The notes beneath the pieces were generated by a model. It was not told where the DNA came from. It did not search any database and saw only the letters and a program-made list of their open reading frames with translations. The translations under genes were made by a program, and so were the position numbers. Below are positions 1 to 10,289 of a stretch of DNA of 24,161 nt, piece by piece; the first letter of the stretch is position 1; each line of letters starts with the position of its first letter. Source of the DNA: Octopus sinensis (Eukaryota); the NCBI RefSeq assembly GCF_006345805.1, contig NW_021836451.1, positions 1-24,161 of the forward strand, written 5' to 3'.

Positions 1-122
1 AACATAAAGATGGACGAAATGTCACAAAGTATTTTTCCCAGCATGCTAACAGTTCTACCAGCTCACTGCCTTAAATTTACATGAAATAATGGAAGTTTTA
101 ATTCACATCACTTTAACGCTAA

Positions 123-340
123 GGCAGCAAGCTGGCAGAAACATTAGCATAATGAGTGGTGAAATGCTTAGCGGTATTTTGTCTATCTTTATGCTTTGAG
201 TTCAAATTCTGCCAAGGTCGACTTAGCCTTTCTCCATTTGGGGTCGATAAATTAAGTACCAGTCAAGTACTGGGGTCAATCTAATTGACTGGCCCCGTCC
301 CAAAAATTTCAGGCTTTGTGCCTAGAGTAGAAAAGATTAT
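123..340 (+). mobile_element. tRNA-headed SINE, family A (tail type 1)
   Basis: Head ggcagcaagctggcagaa, B-box-like gagttcaaattc, twin ggggtcga/aagtac motifs and tail ttgtgcctagagtagaaaagattatt. Aligns with the copies at 1864 and 8876. Confidence 0.85.
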
Positions 341-345
341 TTTAA

Positions 346-861
346 CCCTTTTGTTATCATATTTCTATTAAAATACACTGCTATGTTTTAATAAATTTTG
401 AATATAATAAATAATAAAATAACATTATCATTATTAAGTTGGCATTTGGAACATAAATTAACTTGAAAATTTGATGGAAGGTTTTAATGTAAATCATTTT
501 AAAACAGTGGAGGCACGTGGGCTAGTGGTTAGAGCAGCGGACTTTCAGCCGAGGGATCATGGGTTCAAATCTCAGACCGGGTGATGTGTGTGTTTATGAG
601 TAAAACACCTAAGCTCCACACAGCTCCAGCAGAAGGTAATGGTGAACTTCTGCTGACACTTTGCCACAACTTTCTCTCACTCTTTCCTCCTGTGATGGAC
701 TGGCGTCCCATCCAGGTGGGGAAGCTACACACCAATGAAAGTTGGAAACCGGTCCTTATAAGCCAGGCAAGGCTCGCGAAGAAACAAACAACAACACTTT
801 AAAACAGGAGGTTTGTCTCATAGGACCAACGATGGTTTCAGGTGGGTTTATATTGAAAGGG
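346..861. mobile_element. piggyBac-like MITE interrupted by a SINE
   Basis: TTAA (342-345) then CCCTTTT at the left end; AAAGGG (856-861) then TTAT at the right end. Imperfect TIR of about 12 bp. No coding capacity. Confidence 0.55.
508..797 (+). mobile_element. tRNA-headed SINE, family C, with TSD
   Basis: A box tgggctagtgg near 518, B box ggttcaaatc near 562, (AAC)-rich tail. Identical 10-bp direct repeat tttaaaacag at 498-507 and 798-807. Confidence 0.85.
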
Positions 862-1325
862 TTATATTTTATTTTCAAAATCTTTACCCATTTAAACATC
901 CAGCATCCTCCGTAGTTCCTCCCTTGCCAGTTGCCTCTCCATTGTGAGCCTCCATAGAGCATTGCCATCCAGATTTAAAACCACTGCACTACATGAACTT
1001 GGGGCCTTAATTAGATCTTGTAGCAGTGATTTGGAACCAAATCTCTGGATACCCAGTCAGACATCATGACCAAGCCACAGCAGTTTCATACAATAGGTCT
1101 GCTAAACAGCCAGTCAGCATTGAGCCACTGTGTGATTCAATTTTCTAGAATTTTCTCTCTGTGCCCTATAGAAGTGCCACTTCTGCTACCTTAACTCCTT
1201 GCAGATCATTGAGACCAGTCAGCTCGTTTACACATCTCGCCTCTCATGATTGCAGAGTACTGAAAGTGGCTGAGTAAAATACCCCTCCACTCTTGCCAGG
1301 GACATTTGCACAGACATATCCAGGT

Positions 1326-1539
1326 TCTTATTCTTTTATTTGTTTCAGTCATTTGACTGTGGCCATGCTGGAGCACTGCCTTTAGTCTAGCAAATCGACC
1401 CCAGGACTTATTCTTTGTAAGCCTAGTACTTATTCTATCAGTCTCTCTTGCCAAACCGCTGAGTGATGAGGACATAAGCACACCAGCATTGGTTGTCAAG
1501 CGATGTTGGGGGGACAAATACAGATACACAAATATATAT

Positions 1540-1580
<41 letters not shown>

Positions 1581-1735
1581 GGGCTTCTTTCAATTTCCAT
1601 CTACCAAATCCACTCACAAGGTTTTGGTTGGCCCAAGGCTATAGTAGAAGACACTTGCCCAAGGTGCCATGCAGTGGGACTGAACCTGGAACCATGTGGT
1701 TGGTAAGTAAGCTACTTATCACACAGCCACTCCTG
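1326..1735 (-). mobile_element. tRNA/CORE-like SINE, family B, full length
   Basis: Minus-strand head caggagtggctgtgtgataag, CORE-like accttgggcaagtgtctt, internal (TA)n(TG)n tract, tail ccagcatggccacagtcaaatgactgaaac. Five homologous copies in the window. Confidence 0.9.
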
Positions 1736-1863
1736 GACAGACTGATCAAAACACTGACATAATGTCTCATCTCATAAGTTACTTTTTTTGGTGTAGCAGT
1801 TTTTCCATCTCTCCTGGTATGGAACTATTGCTGTTATTGTTATTATTAATAGAGGACCAAGAT

Positions 1864-2084
1864 GGCAAGCAGGCTGAATCGTTGGCATGCTGGATGAAAT
1901 GCTAAGTAGTATTTTGCCTGTCACTTTATTCTGAGTTCAAATTCCGTTGAAGTCAAGTTTACCTTTTATCCTTTCGGGGTCGATGAATTAAATACCAGTG
2001 AAGTACTGGGGTTGATGTAATTGACTAGTCCTTTTCCCCTCAAAAAATTTTCAAGGCCTTGTGCCTAGAGTAGAAATTATTATT
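1864..2084 (+). mobile_element. SINE family A (tail type 1)
   Basis: Aligns with 123-340. Flanked by tagaggaccaa (1850-1860) and tagaagaccaa (2087-2097), a probable TSD with one mismatch. Confidence 0.85.
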
Positions 2085-2186
2085 TGTAGAAGACCAACAC
2101 AGTTAAAACTCTATGAGCTTTAATAATTGTTTGCAAGTGTTGTTAGTTACTTCTTCACGTGACCCAAGAAATATATTTACATTCAC

Positions 2187-2189
2187 CAG

Positions 2190-2223
<34 letters not shown>

Positions 2224-2225
2224 AG
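2187..2225. repeat. (CAG/CAA)n trinucleotide microsatellite
   Basis: cagcagcaacaacaacaacagcagcaacaacaacaacag seen directly. Confidence 0.9.
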
Positions 2226-2338
2226 AGGCTACCATCACTCACAACATGCTTTTGGGGGTTAGGGGACTCTCTTTCCATCCATCAATAACTGGTACACACA
2301 CACTGTGTCCTTCTGCAAGCAATTCTCTCCGTTTATTG

Positions 2339-2845
2339 TTTTATTCTTTCACTTGTTTCAGCCATGCTGGAGCACCAACTTAAAGGGATTTTTAGTCAAA
2401 GAAATCAACCCCAGGACTTGTTCTATCGCTCTTTTATCAAACCGCTAGGTTACATGGACAGAAACACATCAACATCAGTTGTCAAGCGATGGCGGAGGGG
2501 GACAAATACAGATACAAAGACACACACATACACATGCATACAGAAACTTTGCCAGATCAGATTGGAGCCGGGTGCAGCCTTCTGGCTCGCCAGTCGTCAG
2601 TCAAACTGTCCAACCCATGCCAGCATGGAAAGCGGGCGTTAAACGACGACGACGACGATGATGATGATGATGATGATGATATATATACATAATGATTGTC
2701 TTCTTTCTGTTTCCGTCTACCAAATCCACCCACAAGGCTTTGGTTGGCCTAAGGCTGTAGTAGAAGACATTTGCCCAATGTGTCATGCGGTACTATGGAA
2801 CAATGTGGTTGGGAAGCAAGCTTCTTACCACACAGCCACGCCTGC
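2339..2845 (-). mobile_element. SINE family B with an RTE tail inserted in its internal microsatellite
   Basis: Same head, CORE-like and tail motifs as 1326-1735. The microsatellite region is expanded by the insert at 2542-2680. Confidence 0.9.
2542..2680 (+). mobile_element. 5'-truncated RTE LINE 3' tail with (GAC)n(GAT)n end
   Basis: tccaacccatgccagcatggaaagcgggcgttaaacgacgac..gatgat matches the reverse complements of 12966-13014 and 19834-19950. Confidence 0.8.
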
Positions 2846-3344
2846 TCCTATTTGTTGAGGAAATAAATGTCATTATAAGTAAATAAACCCAGAAAGGAGA
2901 ACTCAAGATTTGGCTTTTGATTTCATTATTTTGTGCATTTTTATTCATTTTGTCATAATTTCAAACAGTGAAATCAGAAATGTCTTCAGAAATAAAAATT
3001 TTATAGAAGTTGAAAAAGAAAGAAAGAATTAAAAATTGAAAATCTTACTCAAATCAAAATTTAATTTTTAAAAGAACTAAAAGATTAATTTAAGGATATT
3101 TTTCTAATATTTTTACAAATATATTTATCTTTCGATTCCATGTCTATTTAGATGTGATTTTGATATACAGAATGTTACAGTTTTAATTGAAATTTTAACA
3201 AATATGAAATGAAAGGAAAAGAAGAAAAAAATTCATCTACGAAAGTTAGATAAACTACAAGGGGAAGTAACTCCAGATTCTAAACGCTTTTTAAAAGTTT
3301 AATCTGTTATGAACTTGAAGTTCATTTGAGACACTGTTTTATTT

Positions 3345-3600
3345 AATAATAATAATAATTTCGTTATTAGCTACAAACACCGAAAAACATTGAGGGTAAT
3401 ATAAAGACGAAGGCTAGTGGACGAGGTTACATATACACGTGTAAACAATAATAAAAAATAATAATTAACTGGAAGATTCACAACAAAATTTCCCAACAGG
3501 GAGGAGTGCGACCCAGAGGCAGCCAAGGAACCTCGTCAATCCTGATCACTCTGTTCGCCAAGGATACCACAGGCAAGCGTTCATCCGTTCTCTTCAACTA
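3345..3600 (-). mobile_element. Possible diverged Tx1/L1-clade 3' end
   Basis: Minus-strand tail aataacgaaattattattatt resembles the tail of the neighbouring Tx1 copy. The coding remnant is barely recognisable. Confidence 0.35.
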
Positions 3601-3667
3601 ACAGGTGCAAGCTCAGGGCAGGCCCACTCAATCCTGCTATCTTTGCCACATTCATTCATCTTTCGAC

Positions 3668-4109
3668 AAAATGATAATGATAATAATAATGATTTCTTAT
3701 TAACCACAAGGGTTTTACAAAAGCAATGAGATCCTGTAAAAAGAAGAAAAGTTTCAAATAATGAATAATTCAGCAAAAGAGGGAGAATTCCAAAGGCTAC
3801 ACGTGGAAATCCCATAAAGTCACGGATACCTTTTCCCCTATGTTCTCCCTCCACCCATAGCTACATACTCAGAACAAGCCCATTCTTCCTAGCAATGCTT
3901 GCCACTTCCGTCCACCTTTCAACGGGTTTGCTGGGAGGCTGCACTTCCTTCTCTTCCCCATTTTCCTTTTGAAGTTAAACTCGGGAAAGTTAATGTGGGT
4001 TTGGCCCCAAAAGTAACGTGTCTGTCTTCAGCTCATTCAGTCTCGCCCATTACACACAACACCTTTCACCACCAGACAGACAAACACTGCCTGTCCTTCC
4101 CGGCCAATG
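3668..4109 (-). mobile_element. Degenerate Tx1 (L1 clade) LINE 3' end
   Basis: Frameshifted minus-strand peptides GQAVFVCLVV, INFPEFNFKRKM and PVERWTEVASIARKNGLVLSM* resemble Tx1 ORF2 C-termini. Followed by a 3'UTR and an aataagaaatcattattatt tail. Confidence 0.6.
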
Positions 4110-4117
4110 GACTAAAC

Positions 4118-4410
4118 TAGCGATTCTCAAACATTTTTTGCCTATGGACCCCCTTTGATTCCAATTTTACACTACTGGACCTCCGTTGACATTCGGTATA
4201 TTACTCTTATATTTGTTTCGATCATTTGACTGCTGCCATGCTGGAGCACCGCCTTCAGTCGAGCAAATCGACCCCAGGACTTATTCTTTGGAAGCCTAGT
4301 ACTTATTCTATTGGTCTCTTTTGCCGAACCAGCATCGGTTGTCAAGCGATGTTGGGGGACAAACACAGACACAAAAATATATACACACACACACATACAT
4401 ACATACATAT

Positions 4411-4475
<65 letters not shown>

Positions 4476-4663
4476 CATACATATCTACGACGGGCTTCTT
4501 TCAGTTTCCATTAACCAAATCCGCAGGAATTGTATAAGATATATTAAAATATTTTGTATATTGTAGAAATATAACCAGTTTATTGCAGATAAAGTTTAAC
4601 AAAATCTTATATGGATCCCCCACCCTCACCAATGTTCATGTGGACCCCAGTTGAGAACTACTG
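4118..4663. mobile_element. hAT-type MITE containing a SINE
   Basis: TIRs tagcgattctcaa / ttgagaactactg (CAGTGGTTCTCAA type). 8-bp flanks gactaaac (4110-4117) and aactaaac (4664-4671), 7/8 match; 8-bp TSDs are typical of hAT. Confidence 0.75.
4205..4522 (-). mobile_element. SINE family B, 5'-truncated, nested in the hAT MITE
   Basis: Tail and central motifs match the other family B copies. The tRNA head is missing; the internal (TA)n tract is long. Confidence 0.85.
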
Positions 4664-5207
4664 AACTAAACTGATAGCAGCCGGATCCGTCCAACGCTTG
4701 ACGGCAGGTGTTTCACAAAATTCCAAAAGTCAGCAAAGCTGGATGAGTGCATGCAGAACAGTTTCGTTGTTCTGTGTGAATATAGGACTGGCTTGGCTGA
4801 CGACGCTCCTGTGTCCGTAGTTTATCCCGATCCGACGATGCTGCATCACCACCGCCACCGATTAATAAACGTGCAGATCGATACAAGCAAATATCCACTT
4901 GTGGGACATCATGCAGCAACAGAATTTCGTTTTTTAGTTGCTACTTTGGCAAACTATTCCATTTTCATTTCTTTCCAGATTTCCACCGAACCCTAACCTT
5001 AACTTTCAAAAATATTTGTCAAAAAAATCAATGCCTGCGCGGTTAAATAGCAATCACTGGGATAAAATAGGTTACATTTGTTTGTATGATTGTAAGAAAG
5101 CAATCATATTCTCTCTATTTCGTCGTACATTCAGAAATTTCTTTTTTCTTATATGAACCACCCTACACTCGATCACGCATGCATACACTCACGTATACAT
5201 ACATGTA

Positions 5208-5256
5208 CCCCAGCATGGGCGCAGTTTAATGTCTGAAACAAGTAAAAAATAAAAGA
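5208..5256 (+). mobile_element. SINE family B (or partner LINE) 3' tail fragment
   Basis: ccccagcatgggcgcagtttaatgtctgaaacaagtaaaaaataaaaga matches the family B 3' end. Confidence 0.65.
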
Positions 5257-5332
5257 TATTTATATATATATATTATGTGTGTGTGTGTATGTATGTATGT
5301 GTGTGTATGTATGTATGTGTGTGTGTGTGTGT
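5257..5332. repeat. (TA)n/(TGTA)n/(TG)n compound microsatellite
   Basis: Seen directly. Confidence 0.9.
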
Positions 5333-5690
5333 GCAAGACCCTGCCTCAGTAAAGCTGGACTCAAGAGTCATCTTCGTAGTCATAAAGCGAGACAGATGAG
5401 AGACAACCTGGCCACTGGTGGTGGTGTAACACACCATACTAATCATATTTGTCAGGCATATGGAAGAGAGTGTAATTCGGCAGGTGGACTTAAACGACAT
5501 GCAAAGGTACATGAAACCCAGTTACAACTACAGCCGGCTATTGCCGGTAAAGGTTTTAGCTGCCAATTCTGTACAAGACATTGTAGATCTTTAGCTGGGC
5601 TAAAAAGTCTCGTTTGATCACAACACTGTTAACAGTTAAGCCTCGAGCAATGGCCATACTCGATAACGAGGAAGCAGTCATCATGTATGT
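5329..5690 (+). mobile_element. RTE-type LINE 3' end with tandem C2H2-like zinc fingers
   Basis: CARPCLSKAGLKSHLRSH, CQAYGRECNSAGGLKRHAKVH and CQFCTRHCRSLAGLKS fit the RTE C-terminal CxxCxRxCxSxxGLxSH motif. Followed by a short 3'UTR. Confidence 0.65.
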
Positions 5691-6029
5691 ACAACCTTGA
5701 CTTCTTTTATTCATAACTTCCTGAAATGTGCATATTTCTAATGAAAGTTTCAAAGGTCTAGCTTACGATTATTTTCATAAAATTTAGAAAAATATATCGT
5801 GGAAAACCAATCTGTAATGTAGATCACACTTCTGGTGATAACACTTTGAAGAAGTTTTGCTTCGTTCTTTCTCCACGCTACCCCAACTTTGTTATCACCA
5901 ATTTCCGTGAATTTATAATTTTTCAGTTTTTTTCCCCCTTCAATGTTATATGTATGAAACATCAAATCATGTAATCTACACCCTCTGCAAAATCTGATTT
6001 TAAAATATCTATTTTAAATATCTATTTTG

Positions 6030-6900
6030 ACGATTGTACATCACAATCCAGCAGACAAGACAAAGTGATTGATGGAAAGCCTGCCTTCGTTGTACATTCT
6101 TTTTTTCACCGTGTTTCTCTCCCTTGTCTTTAGTCTCCCTTTAGATTGTCCAAGTGAACGATGGATCGCGATGACATCCACTTTTCAAAGGTTGATATGG
6201 CTCACTAGTTGGTCTTTGAACTATTTATTCAATCATCTGGTCAAGCAATGACTATGCTGTTGCTGGCTGTAGAGAAAACTTACAAAAGATAAAAGAATCA
6301 GACATGCGCTTCACATGGCCAAGCCACCTCAGAAGATTCAGGGCTCCTTGTGCTGCTTCAGTGAAGGATTTCTACACGTAATACTGTCTCGCCAGATGAC
6401 TGAGATGATATCCTGGAGACACTGGTTGTTAAAAGCCTACAGCAAACATGGGAACCCCTTATCGAGAATCGGGTCGCATGAGACATGGCTCAGCATCAGG
6501 TGAGCCGCACGAGTAAACAAAATTCAAAGTAATTTCCCGTTGACGCACCATTCATAAAGTCCTGCGGGCTGCAGTTTGCTCATAACTGACCTACAGGATA
6601 TTAACGTATCGACTGTATATGATTCATGTTTCGCACCCATCCAGAAGCGTGGAAACGTTTACAAAAGCTCTCTTTCTGGGCCTTCCAAATAATACAGAGG
6701 CTTGTTGACGCAGTTTAGAATTTCTTCATCTAGTGTGTTGTCGTTTGAGATGATTCTGTCTCGGTATCTGAATTTGAAGAGTGAGGTAAGTCGTCGCTGT
6801 TGGGTGAAGAGAGAGAGAGCGCTTGTGTGCCATTGACAGACGCTTTCAGGTTTCGGGACTTTAGGTGTTAAGTCCGTTTTTTCATAAGCTGTAACAACAG
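6030..6900 (-). pseudogene. Degenerate RTE reverse transcriptase, part downstream of YADD
   Basis: Minus-strand remnants FRYRDRIISNDNTLDEEILNCVNK (cf. FKYLGS..S.D..LD.EI), FNNQCLQDII..W.D, LRWLGHVKRMSD and FKDQL. Many stops and frameshifts. Confidence 0.75.
6443..6588. mobile_element. Short hAT-type MITE inserted in the RTE
   Basis: Imperfect ends caaacatggg / tttgctcataactg. 8-bp flanks gcctacag (6435-6442) and acctacag (6589-6596), 7/8 match. The RTE remnant continues on both sides. Confidence 0.7.
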
Positions 6901-7365
6901 TAACATGCTCAAAAGATTGACCCCATCAAAATCAGAAAATATCACAACAGAATCGAAGTACAGATTCTGTAGGGACCAAGAAGCAATACAAAGGGGCAGC
7001 ATTACGATCTACTCATTGCATTTGTGAGTTTGTCAAAGGTTTTTGATACTAAAAACAAGGGGCTTCAGTGGGATGTTCTCCCTGCCCAACTTCTCGAGCC
7101 ACACAAGAGTGACGGCTCGAGATGATGGAGAGCAGAAAATTTGAATTCTTCAATGTATTAACGAAGGCAAGCAAGACTGTATGTTGTTCCTTTTTTTTTT
7201 AATATCATCCTCATCCGTGTGGCCTTACGGAACGTTAAAATGTGAGTGGCGGCTACGATTAACTTCCGACTCGAGATAAGCATTTTCAACATCAGAAAGC
7301 CGCACTAGTTCAACTGTAGTTGGCTTTCATGTCGATTGTACCCTGGTTCCTGCAGAAGCTGTATT
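6901..7365 (+). pseudogene. Degenerate RTE reverse transcriptase, part upstream of YADD, inverted relative to 6030-6900
   Basis: Plus-strand remnants MLKRLTPSKSENITTESKYRFCR, QHYDLLIAFVSLSKVFDTKNKGLQWDVL (cf. LYIAFVDLxKAFD), GKQDCMLFLFFFNI (cf. GVKQGCVLAP.LFNI) and FHVDCTLV (cf. YADDCALV). Confidence 0.75.
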
Positions 7366-7399
7366 ATGATTTTGTAGGGAAATTTTCTGATACTGATTA

Positions 7400-7800
7400 G
7401 ACTAGTCTTTTGAAGATGGCCATAACCGGGACTATCCCAGCAATAGAGACAAAAGTAATATGATTCTGCTGTTGGATCAAACACATTTGTATCCTTTATT
7501 TTTTTTTTTTAAAGTGATGTTGAGGTATGTAGCCCTCATTTCCTGCCCCTGTGATGTAGCAATTAAGCGATCTTATGTAACCACTTTCCTTCAAGATGTC
7601 TCTGTCCAGTCCACTTTTGATGATAAGTGATGTATCCACAGATCGTAATGTTCTTCCTGGTACAATTCTACTACTGACTGGTCTTTCTCTAGAGATATGT
7701 CAACTGATGGCTTCACTGGTGCAATGGAACATTTATTGAGCTATGCACAGTCTTTATCACATCATACTATTTGCATGCATCTAGATTTCTTGAGTTTTTG
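7400..7800 (-). mobile_element. Possible highly decayed R4/Dong-like (RLE) LINE fragment
   Basis: Weak minus-strand remnants LIATSQGQEMRATY and IAG.PVMA loosely recall the IAAQDQ and CCHC-region motifs. Very uncertain. Confidence 0.3.
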
Positions 7801-7939
7801 CAACCTATCATTCATTTCTCAAGTTATTTTTCATTCCAAACAGCTGGTCGCTACTTTTTTTAGAGTGTGATGAGGGATTATCTAGAGTTACTCTGTGAGA
7901 TGTCATTTAGCAAGGTGTCAGTTTTTGTGAGGTTTTTTT

Positions 7940-8790
7940 CTAATGGCTGGGTTCCAACCCAGGCCACAGGAACAAAGTTCATCCGCCACAATTCTCGGTC
8001 CAATACCACTGCCTCGAGGTCTTAGATACATTCCAGGATAGTGTCTGTGATCAAGTTGTCGATGTAAGTGCGACCACGTTTTCCTCTTCTTACATCACCA
8101 TGAAGTGGGTTCCACAAGATTGATTTGGATGTCTCCAGCTGAGGGTAGCACACGCAGTGACCAGATAGTCGCAGGCGTCTTTGTTTGAACTTCTCGCTAA
8201 CTTTAGGTAGGTCTCCACAAAGGCATTCGTTTGTCGTATGTTGCAGCCATTTCACATTTAAGACCATTCATAGCATCCTTGTGTAGCAGCCATCTAGTCC
8301 TTTTCTTGAACTCGATGACTACTGAAGCAGCATCATAGAATGTAGAACTGACGGAGAATCATTTGACATCAACTCCCAGCTCTCCACATGATTTGACATC
8401 AGTTCTCAAGGGATTAAATGACTCTGCAGCTTCCAGTTTGACACCTAGAGAAACGAAAATCTTTACAAACATCGAGGGACCGTTGAGCTCGAAGCAATTT
8501 AGTTTCTTCATGTCTGGTGCTTTTAAACGTCAAAAGGGACCAGTCCAACACTCAGCTCATTCATTGCACAGATGAGCAGAACATCAGAGATGTTCTGCTC
8601 GGCCGACTGGCTTATAGTGTACTCAATAACATGTCGGTGTTTGGATCTGAAATGTATCCATGGAGTCTTGAATTTTTTTTACTGAAAGATGGTGTTCATA
8701 GTAGCGAGCCTGGTGCCTGTAGATTTTCCAGCACAAAAGTTCCCAATCACTTGATGCCAAGGGTTTGTACTTTCGTCTACTCTTGCATAA
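7940..8790 (-). pseudogene. Degenerate RTE LINE (RT 3' half and 3' end), a different family
   Basis: LDGCYTRML and RRLRLSGHC..LWNPLHG..RRGKRGRTYIDNL (ORF 8022-8267), DRELWR. Terminal stem ctgggtt/aacccag near 7947-7962. Confidence 0.8.
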
Positions 8791-8875
8791 AAATCCTCCA
8801 TTAGTATAATTTTGCTTTCTTTAGGTGTTTTAGCCATTGCGTGGTGTTATGCCTCGTAGAAACACTCTTTGTATT

Positions 8876-9860
8876 GGCAGCGAGCTGGCAGAATCGTTAG
8901 CACGCCGGGCGAAATGCATAGCCGTATTTCGTCTGCCGTTACGTTCTGAGTTCAAATTCCGCCGAGGTCGACTTTGCCTTTCATCCTTTCGGGGTCGATA
9001 AATTAAGTACCAGTTACGCACTGAGGTCGATGTAATCGACTTAATCCCTTTGTCTGTCCTTGTTTGTCCCCTCGGATCTTTTCCTTTTGAACGGCACTTT
9101 GTAACATAATTTCTAGGTAGCTAAAAAGTTTTAAATTTCGTATACTGGTAGAATGTGTTTATAAAACATCATTTTCTCCTGGCTTTATTGAAAAAATTCT
9201 ATGGTTTGTAAGATATTTCGGCAATTTTAACCAATCGCTGACGTCCATTTAGGTAAATAACATTCTGTGCATAATGAATATGTCCCTCCTTTAAGAAACA
9301 GATTGGGTTTATTTACATTTGTGAAGAAAAAAGATACCCTTCCCCCACCCCTAACCCTGAATCTAAAATAGATTGAAATGCAATAGATCGATACTAGGGT
9401 TATAATTATGGGTGACAATTTCATACGACACCGCTACGGAAAATGGAATTTTTTTCTAGCGGTGTCAAATGAAAATGTCACCCATAATTATGGCCCTAGT
9501 ATCGATCTATTGCATTTCAATCTATTTTAGATTTAGGGTTAGGGGTGGGGGAAGGGTATCTTTTTTCTTCACAAATGTAAATAAACCCAATCTGTTTCTT
9601 AAAGGAGAGACATATTCATTATGCACAGAATGTTATTTACCTAAATGGACGTCAGCGATTGGTTAAAATTGCCGAAATATCTTACAAACCATAGAATTTT
9701 CTCAATAAAGCCAGGAGAAAATGATCTTTTATAAACACATTCTACCAGTATACGAAGTTTAAAACTTTTTAGTTACCTAGAAATTATGTTACAAAGTGCC
9801 GTTCAAAAGGAAAAGATCCGTCCCGTCTATGTTTCGCCCCATGTAGGCAATAAAGAAAGA
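8876..9860 (+). mobile_element. SINE family A (tail type 2), split by a foldback element
   Basis: Well-preserved head and body. Tail resumes at 9827. 18-bp TSD agaaacactctttgtatt (8858-8875) / agaaacactatttctatt (9861-9878), 16/18 match. Confidence 0.9.
9073..9820. mobile_element. 748-bp foldback/MITE-like element with 364-bp TIRs
   Basis: Arms 9073-9436 and 9457-9820 are reverse complements with roughly 11 substitutions and no indels by eye; 20-bp spacer. Flanks tcccct / tcccgt, a 6-bp TSD with one mismatch. Confidence 0.9.
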
Positions 9861-10289
9861 AGAAACACTATTTCTATTGACTGTCTGATGGCGAAGATGG
9901 TGCATAGGCACGTAACTGGCTCTCTGCAAAGGGAATACAATATAAATTAGACTCTTGCGTGACATCATTCGCTTGTTGACACCAACCAGTAAATCTGTAT
10001 AAGGCGATAGACTTTCTCAGATCAGATCTAACATGTGAATATATATATATATATATATAAACCTATGTGTATGTCCATGTTGGTGTTTATAGTTATCAGT
10101 GTAAAACCGGTATTCTGTCAAAAAAATGTAGCGATAAAATAAATACCGGATTGAAATTTATTCCGGGGTTCGTATGATCGTATACAAAACCTGGAGGGTA
10201 GTACTACGAAATTACCACACAGCCTTAATGACTGAAAGAAAGAATAAAGGAATATATGTATACACATACGTGCGCGCGCTCATGCATAT

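Noticed and set aside
508-580. tRNA gene
   Set aside because: A and B boxes are present, but there is no complete cloverleaf and it continues into a SINE body bounded by a TSD.
756-1310. Short ORFs in unique-looking DNA, also 5750-5965 and 10700-11160
   Set aside because: No recognisable motifs or convincing splice-site pairs; lengths are within chance expectation.
3311-3327. 17-bp hairpin atgaactt-g-aagttcat
   Set aside because: Short isolated palindrome in AT-rich DNA; plausible by chance.
5279-5617. Host C2H2 zinc-finger gene
   Set aside because: The ATG and N-terminus come from a (TG)n tract, canonical TGEKP linkers are absent, and the motif is of RTE type.
9349-9546. Interstitial telomere (ccctaaccct / ttagggttaggg)
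   Set aside because: Only one or two units, embedded in transposon arms.
9227-9666. Two near-identical 65-aa ORFs on opposite strands
   Set aside because: A by-product of the foldback arms; no recognisable domain.
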